Shown here in pieces: positions 38,330-48,901 of a stretch of 64,000 bases of DNA (position 1 is its first letter; the number at the start of each line of letters is the position of its first letter). The translations under genes and the position numbers were made by a program. Origin of the DNA: Spirochaetaceae bacterium (GTDB lineage: Bacteria > Spirochaetota > Spirochaetia > DSM-2461); NCBI GenBank assembly GCA_051531975.1, contig JAOPTT010000018.1:8147-72146 (forward strand), written 5' to 3'. Under the pieces are notes generated by a model that was not told the DNA's origin, made no database searches, and saw only the letters and a program-made list of their open reading frames with translations.

Positions 38330-41071
38330 ATGAAAAAATATTTTATGTTATTACTTATGTTAAGTTTGCTTCTTAAAAATGTAATAGCAAATGATCTTCA
38401 GTTATTTGAGGCAGGTAAAAAAGCATTTTCTGTTGGACTTTATACTATAGCATTAGAAAATTTAGATGCATATATTAAAACTGAGACTGATAAAAAACGA
38501 GTAGATGCAATATATTTAAGTGGTATCTCCGCATATTATTTAAAAAATTACAAAAAATCTCTTAGTTATCTAACTGGGATAGAAAAATATTACAAAGATT
38601 CTGCATATGTAAATAAAACTTTTTATTGGATTGGTTTAAACAACTATCATCTTGATCATTTTGATTTAGCAATAAAATGGTTTTTAAAAAATACAAAAAT
38701 TGATTCATCATATAATGATATTTCATGGTTATTTATGGCGTTATCAAATTTAAAAATTAATAATCAAATTGAAGCCGTAGAATGTTTTAATACATTAATA
38801 AATAGTAATACAGCTAAGGATCGATATAAAGAAGAGGCTTTATTTAGACTTTCAACACTTTATATAGAGAACGATCAGATAGGTAATGCGATAAATACTC
38901 TTAATAAACTTGTATTTGATTATTCTGATTCAAAGTATTTTACTGACTCATTGAAACTATTAAGTGAAGCATATTTTAAAATTGAAGAGTGGCAAAATGC
39001 AAAACGGATATATCTTTTATTGTTAGAAGATTCAAATAACAACGAATCTATTTATAAAAGATTAGCAACAATAAATCTTAATATTGGCAATCTTAAACAG
39101 AGTAAAATGTATTTAGAATTATATAATGATGAAATTGGTATTGATAAACAAATTCTTTTTATGTTAGCTGATGTCTCTGTTAGGTTAGGAGAAAATGATA
39201 ATGCAATATCTATATATACTAAGATTAAAAATGAAGTAGAATTGACTATAGGTGAAGTTAATGAAAATAATTATAGATTAGGAACTTTATATTACCAAAA
39301 AAGTGACTTTAAAAAATCATATATCTCTTTTTCAGAAGTAGATAGTAAAGAAGCTATATACTTTACAGTTCTATCCGGTATTAATTCAGGAGAACAAGTT
39401 ATTAAATATATAAAGAAAATGAATACTCGTTTTCCATCAGACAAATTAACTTTTGACCTTATTAATAGGTATATAAATTATTTACAAAATGAGAGTCGGT
39501 TAACTGATCTTGAATCTTTCTTAATTTTTGCTACAGAATCTTACCCTGAGAATTTAACATATTCATTAACATACGGTGAACTTTTACTTGAAACTGATGA
39601 ATTAGATAAAAGTCTAAAATATTTATCTAAAGGTTTTTACCCTGAATCTCCTTATTATAGTAATATTGCATATAAAATTGGATGGATTTATTTTAATAAA
39701 GAAGAGTATAACAGATCCATTGGATTTTTTGATTTAATTAAACCAACTGATAATGATTATAATAAGGCTCTATACTCTAAAAGTATTTCCCAGTATAAAA
39801 TTGGTGACTTAAAAGATGGAAAAAAAGGTTTTATTACTCTCTTGGATTTAGAAACTATTTATTCTGAAGAGGTTAGCTTCTACCTAGGTATGATTGAGAA
39901 AGACAATTATAATTATGAGTTGGCTATAGAATACTTTAATGAATCCTTGAAAAAAGAATCTTTATATATAAATTCCTTGGATAATATTGCATGGTGTCAT
40001 TATCATTTGGAACAGTATCGTGAAGCATTAGAATATTACGATAAATTATATGATTTAGAAAAGCTTTTAATTTATAAATTTAATAGTGCCAATTGTCATC
40101 TGTTTTTAGAAAATTATAACCTTGCATTGGATCTATATATAGATGTATCAAAAAGTGAAAATTTATTAAAGAGTAGTTCGTATTACAAGACAATTGAAAT
40201 ATTTTTTAAACTAAAAGATCCAGAGTCTGGTTATATATGGTTTGAAAAGTATCAAAATGAATTTCCAAAATCTGATTTACCATCTGAGGTCGTTTTTACC
40301 TATGCAGATAATAATCTATATAATGGAGATATAGATACCAGTATAGTTGCATACGAAAAAATAATAAGTTTGCTAAACAAAAATTATCACTGGTATAAAG
40401 CAAGATACCGTTTATCGGAAGCTTTCTATATAAAGAAAGAGTATACAAAATCTATTGAATTATATATTCAGTCAATTATTGACCAAGATAAGTACTATAA
40501 AGAGAGTATTATTAAAATTATAACCATTCTTTCTGAAGTATCTAACCCAGATTTAACAAAAAATACAATTGTCCTACTGGATAACATTGTAGAAGATAGA
40601 GCAGATGTTGTGTCTATTTATATTGAAGCCATTAGACAAGAAATAGATCCTGAAAACGTCTTTAAAAATATAGCATCTTTGATAACAATAGCTAAAACTA
40701 GGGAGGATATTGATCAACTGATATATTTAAGAGCGCTTAATTTTTACAACATTGGAAATATTGAAACATCTCAGGAGAATTTAATACCTATACTTTCTAG
40801 ATCAGAAGTTTTTGATGATACAAAAATAGATGGTTTATTGTTGCAAGGTTTAATTTATCAAGATCAACAAAAATTTAAAGAAGCAATTGATCTCTATTTA
40901 AACTTATATGTAAATTTTCCCGATAATACTGAAAAAGCATCAAATGCACTTTATAAAGGTCTTTTGTTGTCAAAAAGTATAAATGATACAGACACATTTA
41001 GTAAAATTAAGAGTATTCTAAGTACTGAATACATAGATACAACTTGGGGTGAAAGGAGTTTAAATGAATAA
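38330..41071 (+). CDS. Large periplasmic TPR protein
   Basis: Signal peptide; many TPR units across 913 aa. Confidence 0.85.
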   Translation: MKKYFMLLLMLSLLLKNVIANDLQLFEAGKKAFSVGLYTIALENLDAYIKTETDKKRVDAIYLSGISAYYLKNYKKSLSYLTGIEKYYKDSAYVNKTFYWIGLNNYHLDHFDLAIKWFLKNTKIDSSYNDISWLFMALSNLKINNQIEAVECFNTLINSNTAKDRYKEEALFRLSTLYIENDQIGNAINTLNKLVFDYSDSKYFTDSLKLLSEAYFKIEEWQNAKRIYLLLLEDSNNNESIYKRLATINLNIGNLKQSKMYLELYNDEIGIDKQILFMLADVSVRLGENDNAISIYTKIKNEVELTIGEVNENNYRLGTLYYQKSDFKKSYISFSEVDSKEAIYFTVLSGINSGEQVIKYIKKMNTRFPSDKLTFDLINRYINYLQNESRLTDLESFLIFATESYPENLTYSLTYGELLLETDELDKSLKYLSKGFYPESPYYSNIAYKIGWIYFNKEEYNRSIGFFDLIKPTDNDYNKALYSKSISQYKIGDLKDGKKGFITLLDLETIYSEEVSFYLGMIEKDNYNYELAIEYFNESLKKESLYINSLDNIAWCHYHLEQYREALEYYDKLYDLEKLLIYKFNSANCHLFLENYNLALDLYIDVSKSENLLKSSSYYKTIEIFFKLKDPESGYIWFEKYQNEFPKSDLPSEVVFTYADNNLYNGDIDTSIVAYEKIISLLNKNYHWYKARYRLSEAFYIKKEYTKSIELYIQSIIDQDKYYKESIIKIITILSEVSNPDLTKNTIVLLDNIVEDRADVVSIYIEAIRQEIDPENVFKNIASLITIAKTREDIDQLIYLRALNFYNIGNIETSQENLIPILSRSEVFDDTKIDGLLLQGLIYQDQQKFKEAIDLYLNLYVNFPDNTEKASNALYKGLLLSKSINDTDTFSKIKSILSTEYIDTTWGERSLNE

Positions 41072-42104
41072 AAGTATTTGGTTTCTTCTCTTTATCTCTT
41101 CTTGTATTAATATATACTCCAATGAATTTTCTATACAGGAATATAACATAAGAGCTTTAGAAGATTGGCAAAACAGTCCAGCAAACGCCCTATTTTATGC
41201 TGATTTAGCAATAGATAAAAATCTAGAGATATCTTTAAAAGAAGATTATATAGACTCTTTATATATTAAATCTTTAAGTTATAAAGTTTTAGAAGAGGAT
41301 TATTATGTGTTATATAACTTAAGTTTAGCCTTTAATTATTTAAAAGATAATGGATATTTTTATACAAACAGTGACTTTTATCTTTTTTATGCAAATACAA
41401 TGTTTGAGAGAAAGGAATACCTTTTATTAGAGCAGATATTAACAACAGATATTATCACATCTAAACTTAGCGATCAAAATCGTTTATCCTTTGATATACT
41501 TAATATAAAACTTAATGTGGAATTAAATAACAATATAGATTTTGGCTTAATAGATAATATCCTTAACTTGGCTGAAGATTTTGAAACTACTGCTCATATA
41601 GCTGAAATTTATCTATTAAAAGCCGATTTATTAATGTCTTCAAATATAGAACTAGCGAAACGAAATTATCTGAATGTAATAAAAACTGATAATGAAAAGT
41701 TTTCTGCATTGGCATATTTACGATTAGGTGAAATAAATAAAAATAAGTCATACCTTGAACGTTCATATCTTCTTAGTGAAAAAATAGGTGATTATGAGAT
41801 AAAATTACAAATATTAAACTCTTTAATAGATTTATATGAACAAACTGGTGATTTCAAAAAATTAGCAGAAACATATCAGCATTTAGATTATATACGGAAT
41901 AGGCATAATATATTTCTTATAACACAACAAAAAGAGATAAATAATTATAATTATGAGAAAACAAAACTATCAAATGAGTTAAAAAAAAGTAACTCCCAAA
42001 TTACCTTTTTTGAACTAATTATTAGGTTTATGGGAGTTTTACTTGTTCTACTTATCATATTCTTATCTATACAGTCATATAGATTAAGAATTCATCGTCA
42101 CTAA
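41064..42104 (+). CDS. Helical (TPR-like) exported protein with C-terminal TM anchor
   Basis: N-terminal signal, helical repeats, coiled coil, then TM (FMGVLLVLLIIFLSI) and a short basic tail. Confidence 0.6.
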   Translation: MNKSIWFLLFISSCINIYSNEFSIQEYNIRALEDWQNSPANALFYADLAIDKNLEISLKEDYIDSLYIKSLSYKVLEEDYYVLYNLSLAFNYLKDNGYFYTNSDFYLFYANTMFERKEYLLLEQILTTDIITSKLSDQNRLSFDILNIKLNVELNNNIDFGLIDNILNLAEDFETTAHIAEIYLLKADLLMSSNIELAKRNYLNVIKTDNEKFSALAYLRLGEINKNKSYLERSYLLSEKIGDYEIKLQILNSLIDLYEQTGDFKKLAETYQHLDYIRNRHNIFLITQQKEINNYNYEKTKLSNELKKSNSQITFFELIIRFMGVLLVLLIIFLSIQSYRLRIHRH

Positions 42105-43732
42105 TATTTAAAATAACTTTTTCCAATAAATTCCCTAAGAAGAGAATCTGTTGGTACTATATCTTCTGGTATAGGTGCAAAGTTATTTAGTAGGTTTAAC
42201 ATTCTAACGGCTTCGTTGTAATTTTTATTATCTGGTCTTATAGTTCTAAGTAGTGGTTCTGCATATATTTTAAGAACTGCGATTTCATAGGGTAGTGCTG
42301 AATTAAATGCTATGTCTGCAGTTCCTTGAAATGGGAAGATATATTTTTTCTCACCCCTATTAACACTTGGCCAAATATTAAAGGTATTATCTGCTGAATA
42401 TCTCCTAAAATTATAGTCTCTAACCATTCTTCTTAATAATCTATTATCGGTAGATGATATTCTGTTGTTATCGTCTAAGTTTAAACCGGTTAATGCTGAA
42501 ATATATATTTTAAACTTTGACTTCTTATCAACTTTTTCAGTCAACTCATCATTTAATGCATGTATACCCTCAATTATTAAAATATTATTAGAATGTATTT
42601 GTAACTTTCTTCCTTTTAATATTTGTATGCCTTTTTTAAAATCATTAACTGGGATATATGTCTCTTTACCATCCAATAAATCATTCAAATTCTGGTTAAG
42701 GAGAGGTATGTTCAGGGCGTGTACTGTTTCTAGATCTTTTTCTCCAAACTCATCAAGTGGAACTTGGTCATGGGGTAGGTAATAATCATCTAATGATATG
42801 TTAATAGGTTTTATTCCATTAACTTCTAAAGCTAAAGCTAGTTTCTTTGAAAAAGTTGTTTTACCTGACGAAGATGGACCTGCAATTAAAACTGTTTTCA
42901 CACTACTGCTTTTCATAATTTTTGTTGCTATATTAGAAATTTGTCTATCGTGTTCTGTTTCTGTTAATTTAATAAAATGTCGAATATCCTTTGTCATAGC
43001 TATCTGATTTAATTTGGCTACACTATGTACATTTTGAAGTTTAACCCACTTTTTATAATCTTGAAAAATATTAAATATTACAGGCATATCTGCTATAGGT
43101 GTTAATTTATCTGAATCAATTGAATTAGGGAAATGTAGTAGGAATCCAGTACCTTTATCTATAATATCAAATGTCTTAATATAACCTGTAGAGGGTGCTA
43201 GAGGTATGTGATATAACTCTTTAAAACTATTACATGTAACTATTTTTAATGTATCGTCAGTTTTATAATTTAGTAAATCCACAGTATCAAATTGTTTTAA
43301 TGATTTAAAATATTCAACTGATTCAGACCAAGATAAATAGTTTTCATTTATTGGTAAATCTGCTTTTATAATCTCTAACATTTTAACTTTTAATTTATCC
43401 AAATCATTTTGTGTTACTAGTTCATCTAAAAAATAATAATAGAATGAGTGACCTAAAGAGTGTCCAATAATAAGTTTTTTTTCTGGAAATATTTCTTTTG
43501 CAGCCATAGATAAAATAAAACATAATGTCTGCCTATAAGTTCTCGCTCCCTCTATAGTATTTAGAAACACAGGTTCTATTTTACAATTACATTTAACATA
43601 AGAATTTAATGATACTATTTTATTATTAGTTTTTGCCGCTATTATACTTCTCTCTTTAAATAAATTTAAAAGAGTAGAATATTGATCAACAATTACTTTA
43701 TCGTTTTGGATTTCAAGTTCAATTTTTAACAT
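42101..43732 (-). CDS. Uridine/nucleoside kinase fused to a ThrRS N-terminal-like (TGS/SAD) region
   Basis: AGPSSSGKTT, SLDDYY, IEGIHALN, RLLRRMVRD, REFIG; ThrRS-like N-terminus. Confidence 0.9.
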   Translation of the reverse strand: MLKIELEIQNDKVIVDQYSTLLNLFKERSIIAAKTNNKIVSLNSYVKCNCKIEPVFLNTIEGARTYRQTLCFILSMAAKEIFPEKKLIIGHSLGHSFYYYFLDELVTQNDLDKLKVKMLEIIKADLPINENYLSWSESVEYFKSLKQFDTVDLLNYKTDDTLKIVTCNSFKELYHIPLAPSTGYIKTFDIIDKGTGFLLHFPNSIDSDKLTPIADMPVIFNIFQDYKKWVKLQNVHSVAKLNQIAMTKDIRHFIKLTETEHDRQISNIATKIMKSSSVKTVLIAGPSSSGKTTFSKKLALALEVNGIKPINISLDDYYLPHDQVPLDEFGEKDLETVHALNIPLLNQNLNDLLDGKETYIPVNDFKKGIQILKGRKLQIHSNNILIIEGIHALNDELTEKVDKKSKFKIYISALTGLNLDDNNRISSTDNRLLRRMVRDYNFRRYSADNTFNIWPSVNRGEKKYIFPFQGTADIAFNSALPYEIAVLKIYAEPLLRTIRPDNKNYNEAVRMLNLLNNFAPIPEDIVPTDSLLREFIGKSYFKY

Positions 43733-43831
43733 ATATACCTCTTGTTTTAATCATAGTATTAGTTCTGAAATTTTTATAGTAATTAAAATTAAATTATGGT
43801 AAAATTCTTTTAATACAAATTAGGAGATATT

Positions 43832-44275
43832 ATGAAAAAAATTACTTTATTATTACTACTATCGTTCATCCTAACAATATCAGCGGTTAGTGCAAATACA
43901 ACTGTAGGTGTTATTTCTAGCAATTATGACAATGCTAATCTAACTTTTAGCCTTGAACAAATTGAATTTGAATTAGATATAAATGCCTTACTAAACTCAA
44001 ATTTATATATAAGTGCGGATTATAATCTTATTTGGAAGAATTTTTCTTTAGGCGCAGCTAACAACTTTTTCTGGAATGTTGCTTTAGGGGCATCTATTTC
44101 ATATTATTCAGAATTAGGTCTTGCTGCAATTGCACCAGTAGAGTTAGGTTATAGATTTCCAATAGTTGCATCAGGTTTAGATGTATATTTTCAAGTTAAA
44201 CCTATATTATCTTTATTACCAACATTTGTTGATTTTGATTTTGACTCAGGACTTGGTGTTAGAGTAGCATTCTAA
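43832..44275 (+). CDS. Small putative 8-stranded outer-membrane beta-barrel protein
   Basis: Signal peptide, amphipathic strands, terminal GLGVRVAF; AGGAGA RBS. Confidence 0.7.
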   Translation: MKKITLLLLLSFILTISAVSANTTVGVISSNYDNANLTFSLEQIEFELDINALLNSNLYISADYNLIWKNFSLGAANNFFWNVALGASISYYSELGLAAIAPVELGYRFPIVASGLDVYFQVKPILSLLPTFVDFDFDSGLGVRVAF

Positions 44276-44277
44276 AA

Positions 44278-44841
44278 ATGAGATATGTTTTTTTAACTAT
44301 CATTTTATTACTGAGTACAGCTGTGTTTTCTGAAGATCCACGGCTGTTTCAGTTTATAAGTGATAAAGAGGATGAAAGTTTTATTTCTATTGAAGCTGGT
44401 AATCATGTAGGTCTATCTTTACATCTAAATAATATGAGTTTTAATGTTGGTTATTCATATTTAATTCAAAGTGGTTTTTACATTTCTACAGATATCTTTT
44501 TATATCATAAAGAGTTAACAGAGAATATTAATCTCAAAATTGGACTTGGTGGTGGAATTATATTTAATCCATCACTTGATAATTTTGAATCAGATGCTTA
44601 TTTACGAGTACCTATAAAGTTTCAATATAAGGACCTTTTTTGTTTAGCATCTCCAATTATTGGAACATCAATGTTTGAGTATGATATTAGTTGGATTTTT
44701 GGTGGATTTGTAGGTATTGGATATCAATTAGAAACTAAGCAAAAGAAAACTATAAAAGATAGTAATACTGAAACAGAAGAAAATAAAGATGTTGAAGCTA
44801 ATCCAGAAGTTATAAATAAAAATGAGCAACCTAAGAAATAA
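44278..44841 (+). CDS. Small putative beta-barrel protein with charged C-terminal tail (probable paralog of the previous gene)
   Basis: Signal peptide; YISTD, IGLGGG, RVP, VGIGYQL strands; K/E/N-rich tail. Confidence 0.6.
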   Translation: MRYVFLTIILLLSTAVFSEDPRLFQFISDKEDESFISIEAGNHVGLSLHLNNMSFNVGYSYLIQSGFYISTDIFLYHKELTENINLKIGLGGGIIFNPSLDNFESDAYLRVPIKFQYKDLFCLASPIIGTSMFEYDISWIFGGFVGIGYQLETKQKKTIKDSNTETEENKDVEANPEVINKNEQPKK

Positions 44842-44859
44842 GTTAAGCTGCTCTTTTTT

Positions 44860-46236
44860 TTAGAATGTAAGATTTTTTGCAGTCCTTGGGAATGGGATTA
44901 CGTCTCTAATATTCTCCATTCCAGTTACATACATTATTAATCTTGCAAATCCAAGACCAAAACCTGAATGAGGAACAGAACCATACTTTCGAGTATCTAA
45001 ATACCATTCATATTCCGCTGGATCTAATCCTACAGCTTCAATTTTTTGTTTTAATACATCGTAGTCATCTTCTCTCTGAGAACCACCAATTATTTCACCT
45101 AATCTAGGAACTAAGACATCAACACCTCTTACAGTTTTTCCATCATCGTTAAGCTTCATATAAAAAGCTTTTATATCTTTAGGGTAGTCAACTACTGATA
45201 CTGGACCATTAAAGTGTTTTGTTAAATACTTTTCATGCTCAGTATGTAGATCAATACCCCAGGATACTGGAAATTGAAATTTTTCATCAGCCTGTTCTAG
45301 AATTTCGATTCCTTCTGTATAAGTAATTCTTTTAAAATTTGAGTTAATAACATCCTGAAGTTTTTGTATAAGTCCCTTTTCAATTCTAGCATTAAAGAAT
45401 TCCATATCTTCTGCACAGTTATCTAAAACGTATTGTAAAATATACTTTAAAAACTCCTCTGCAATATCAATATTCATATCAATGTCACAAAATGCCATTT
45501 CAGGCTCTATCATCCAAAACTCAGATAAATGTTTAGTTGTATTAGAGTTTTCTGCTCTAAATGTTGGTCCAAAAGTATAGATGTTTCCAAGTGCTGTAGC
45601 GTAAGTTTCACCACAAAGTTGACCACTAACAGTTAAAGAAGCTTTTTTCCCATAAAAGTCTCTTGTATAGTCAACACCACCATTTAGTTTTTCCATTGGT
45701 ATTGTAGTTACCTGGAACATCTCTCCAGCACCTTCGGCATCACTTTCTGTGATTATTGGAGTATTCACATATAGGAATCCATTTTCTTGAAAATATTTAT
45801 GTACTGCAAAACTCATTGCATTTCTAACTCTTGCCACTGCAGCAAATGTATTAGATCTAGGTCTTAAGTGAGCAATCTCTCTTAAGAATTCAAATGAGTG
45901 TCTTTTTTTCTGTAGTGGATAGTCATCTGGTGATTCACCTAAAACAACAATGTCTGTAGCTTGAACCTCTACAGTTTGTCCTTTACCCTGAGATTCAACC
46001 AAATTACCATTAACAGTACAACTTGCACCTGTATTAAGACGATTTATAGCATTTAATAGATTATCATTAGCAATCTCTTTATTAATGATTATCTGTATAT
46101 TACTCATACATGAACCGTCATTTAATGCGATAAAACACACTGCTTTAGAATCTCTTTTAGTTCTAACCCAGCCCTTAACTGTAATTTCCTGCTCTTTTGC
46201 AGGGGTCTGTAGAATCTCTTTTATTCGTATATCCAT
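44860..46236 (-). CDS. asnS: Asparaginyl-tRNA synthetase
   Basis: [55 protein letters not shown]. Confidence 0.98.
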   Translation of the reverse strand: MDIRIKEILQTPAKEQEITVKGWVRTKRDSKAVCFIALNDGSCMSNIQIIINKEIANDNLLNAINRLNTGASCTVNGNLVESQGKGQTVEVQATDIVVLGESPDDYPLQKKRHSFEFLREIAHLRPRSNTFAAVARVRNAMSFAVHKYFQENGFLYVNTPIITESDAEGAGEMFQVTTIPMEKLNGGVDYTRDFYGKKASLTVSGQLCGETYATALGNIYTFGPTFRAENSNTTKHLSEFWMIEPEMAFCDIDMNIDIAEEFLKYILQYVLDNCAEDMEFFNARIEKGLIQKLQDVINSNFKRITYTEGIEILEQADEKFQFPVSWGIDLHTEHEKYLTKHFNGPVSVVDYPKDIKAFYMKLNDDGKTVRGVDVLVPRLGEIIGGSQREDDYDVLKQKIEAVGLDPAEYEWYLDTRKYGSVPHSGFGLGFARLIMYVTGMENIRDVIPFPRTAKNLTF

Positions 46237-46264
46237 AGTAATGTATTATACAGAAAATAAAATA

Positions 46265-47050
46265 TTATTGTATATGGTTTTGTGTAAAAAATAACTTGTA
46301 TCGGTCCCAAAACAGTAAGAAAAGGTGTTGTATGTCTTGGAAATATTCCCTTTGTAGAAAAGCTGCATTAAACCCGATATATCTATAATGCCAAGGTTCC
46401 CACATGTAAGTTGTTATATCTTCTTTATCTTTAGGATAGGAGAGTGTAAAACCATACTTCCAGCTATTCTCTTTTAACCATATTCCCGGTTTTGTATATG
46501 CGTATGAGGGGGTAATTGTTCCAAAATCCACAGCTGTCCCCAGTTGATGTTGACTTGACCCTGGGTAAGCTACTATTGTTGCTGCTTTCTCTTCTCCGTG
46601 ATAATTTTTCATATTAGTGAAGATTTTATCTTGAAATTGATAAGAGCGATAAGTTGAAGCAATGAAAAGCTCTAAACCTTCTTTTTCAGCATCTTTCGAC
46701 ATCTTCAAGAAACTTTTAACAGTTATTTCAGAAAACGGCATTTGTTTGTAACGGGTCACTAGATCATAATCAGTTAGATTAATTATATCATTAGGTAAAA
46801 AAGTTGATGACAACTTATGTTCTTTATCAACCAATATAAGATTTGTATCAGGGGATTTTAAAATTTTATCTATATATTCTAAAAAAAGATAATCATTGAA
46901 CAATATATTTTTAACAATATCATTTTGGAAATCACTTATAGTTTCAGTTAAAACCTCTTTTGATATTTTAAATGATGGATGTATATTCTTAGAATATAAT
47001 GGGGTTGAAATAAATAAAAATATATAAATTAGTGTCTTATAGAAACTCAT
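46265..47050 (-). CDS. M15B D-Ala-D-Ala carboxypeptidase (VanY-like)
   Basis: STYRSY..Q, PGSSQHQLGTAVD, WEPWHYRY. Confidence 0.92.
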   Translation of the reverse strand: MSFYKTLIYIFLFISTPLYSKNIHPSFKISKEVLTETISDFQNDIVKNILFNDYLFLEYIDKILKSPDTNLILVDKEHKLSSTFLPNDIINLTDYDLVTRYKQMPFSEITVKSFLKMSKDAEKEGLELFIASTYRSYQFQDKIFTNMKNYHGEEKAATIVAYPGSSQHQLGTAVDFGTITPSYAYTKPGIWLKENSWKYGFTLSYPKDKEDITTYMWEPWHYRYIGFNAAFLQREYFQDIQHLFLLFWDRYKLFFTQNHIQ

Positions 47051-47058
47051 GATTAAAA

Positions 47059-47631
47059 TTATGAAGTTAATATAAATTTGTCAATAGTGAAAATTATAAT
47101 GGTTAATATAAAACTTATATAAACATATGGATTTTTTTTTGAAGATATTATATTACCACTTTTTTCAGAATAAGGTTTAAGATTCAGAAGTTTAATATCT
47201 ATATCTGAAATCATACTTTTAAACTTTATTTTGTCACCTGTTGTTAACTGGCTAAAGTAGAAGAAAGTATCTCTTATTAAAATTCCAAATGATCCAGGCA
47301 GTTTTATATTTGACATGTTCATTGATTTAGATAGATATAACAGACCTATTAGTAGAGCCCCTCTTTCTATTCCTGAACTAAGTGCTCCTAAAGTAATATT
47401 TAATGGTCCTAAAGTATAAATTATTTGACCTAACGGCGATAATAAATTTATAAACACAATAGTAGTTAATAATATTACATTAGGAAGTATTTTTACTCTA
47501 ATTCCACTAAGAGAAGCTATTAATATATATAATATTACTAAAACAAGTTTTATTATTGGGTTTTCAATAAATATAAATAATAAAATTGTTAATAATGAGA
47601 TTAAGTTTCTAATATTAAGCTCCTTATCCAT
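47059..47631 (-). CDS. Short ECF transporter T-component-like membrane protein
   Basis: NLLSPLGQII..LG...IT.GAL..G pattern; follows a Gx-transporter gene. Confidence 0.6.
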   Translation of the reverse strand: MDKELNIRNLISLLTILLFIFIENPIIKLVLVILYILIASLSGIRVKILPNVILLTTIVFINLLSPLGQIIYTLGPLNITLGALSSGIERGALLIGLLYLSKSMNMSNIKLPGSFGILIRDTFFYFSQLTTGDKIKFKSMISDIDIKLLNLKPYSEKSGNIISSKKNPYVYISFILTIIIFTIDKFILTS

Positions 47632-48128
47632 TTAGAATTAGAAATAAAGTTATTTGTTAATACTCCAATTGCAATACCTGTTACTAACCCAGTTACTAAA
47701 ATTGGCAATCCAATATATTTTGCTCCAGATCCTAAAAGTAGTGTAGCTACTAAAATTTGTACTAGATTACTAGCTAGGGCTCCTAAAACACTAATTCCTA
47801 TCATGCTAACTCTTTTTTTTAATATTATATAAACTAGTATCATTATTAATCCACTGGATATAGAACCAGCTAGTGAGTATAAAAAAATCCAACTAAATAT
47901 TGTTCCCGTGACTATAGATGAACCTATAGATTTAATAAAAATTAACATTAAAGTTTGTTTTGGTGTTAACAAAATGAGGGAAATAATTATTGGAATATTA
48001 GCTAAACCTAACCGAACAAATGGGATTGGTTTAGGAATTATATGTTCTAATAAAGCTAAAAAAAGAGAAAGCGCTCCAAGAATTGAGATTAACTCTCTAG
48101 TTTTAGTGGGAGATAGCATCAATTTCAT
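47601..48128 (-). CDS. Gx transporter family (heptaprenyl diphosphate synthase component I-like; ECF S-component fold)
   Basis: LEHIIPKPIPFVRLGLAN, S..G.SVLGALASN..Q. Confidence 0.9.
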   Translation of the reverse strand: MKLMLSPTKTRELISILGALSLFLALLEHIIPKPIPFVRLGLANIPIIISLILLTPKQTLMLIFIKSIGSSIVTGTIFSWIFLYSLAGSISSGLIMILVYIILKKRVSMIGISVLGALASNLVQILVATLLLGSGAKYIGLPILVTGLVTGIAIGVLTNNFISNSKWIRSLILET

Positions 48129-48468
48129 TGTTAATATCTCCTTCTATTGTAATTAATATACGGTTGGGTAGACATGCACTACTGTGACCACTTTTACTAA
48201 TAAAACCTATTTTAATACAGGACTTATTTTTACAAGGAGATTCAATTATACGAGCTTCTGAGTTTAAAATGATTATTTTAGTCTCTCCTATTATTCCACT
48301 AAATATCTTTTCCATATCTTGATCCAATGGATACAAAAAATCTTTTCCTTGTGCTACTACTTTTAAATATTGTTGGCTATTATTTGAATCTACTATATCT
48401 ATTGAATAAATTGCGATTATAGATATAACACATATTATTATTACAATATCCCAGAATTTTATTAACAT
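48103..48468 (-). CDS. NusG domain II-like (DUF1312) membrane-anchored protein
   Basis: N-terminal TM; SPCKNKSC...G.I.......CLPN. ATG 48468 preferred (TATACT-6 nt-ATG). Confidence 0.88.
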   Translation of the reverse strand: MLIKFWDIVIIICVISIIAIYSIDIVDSNNSQQYLKVVAQGKDFLYPLDQDMEKIFSGIIGETKIIILNSEARIIESPCKNKSCIKIGFISKSGHSSACLPNRILITIEGDINNEIDAISH

Positions 48469-48556
48469 AGTTAGAGTATAACTTAGCATATAACATTTTG
48501 TTAATAGAGCATTAAAATATATTTACTCTAAGGGCCTAAAGTTATAATATAATATA

Positions 48557-48898
48557 ATGAATATACAGGTTATTGGTACAAAAAAGTGTAAAGATACTCA
48601 GAAGGTTGAGAGGTTCTTAAAAGATAGATCTATTTCTTATCATTTTGCAGATTTAACAGAACGAGGAATTAGTGTCGGTGAATTAAATAAAATTGCTGCT
48701 GGAAGAGATTCAGAGGAACTAATTAATACTAATTCTAAAATATATAAAAAAAAGAATTTCAAATATATGGATTTCAATCCATTAGAAGAGATCTTAGAGG
48801 CCCCCGAACTTTTAATTACTCCAATTATTAGAAGTGGTAATAAAGTTATTATTGGATTTAATCAGAAGACTCTAAAAGAGTTAATACAGGAGTCGTAA
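48557..48898 (+). CDS. ArsC/Spx/YffB-family thioredoxin-fold protein
   Basis: GTKKCKDTQK..RF, P.L..TPIIR......GF. Confidence 0.88.
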   Translation: MNIQVIGTKKCKDTQKVERFLKDRSISYHFADLTERGISVGELNKIAAGRDSEELINTNSKIYKKKNFKYMDFNPLEEILEAPELLITPIIRSGNKVIIGFNQKTLKELIQES

Positions 48899-48901
48899 TA
48901 T

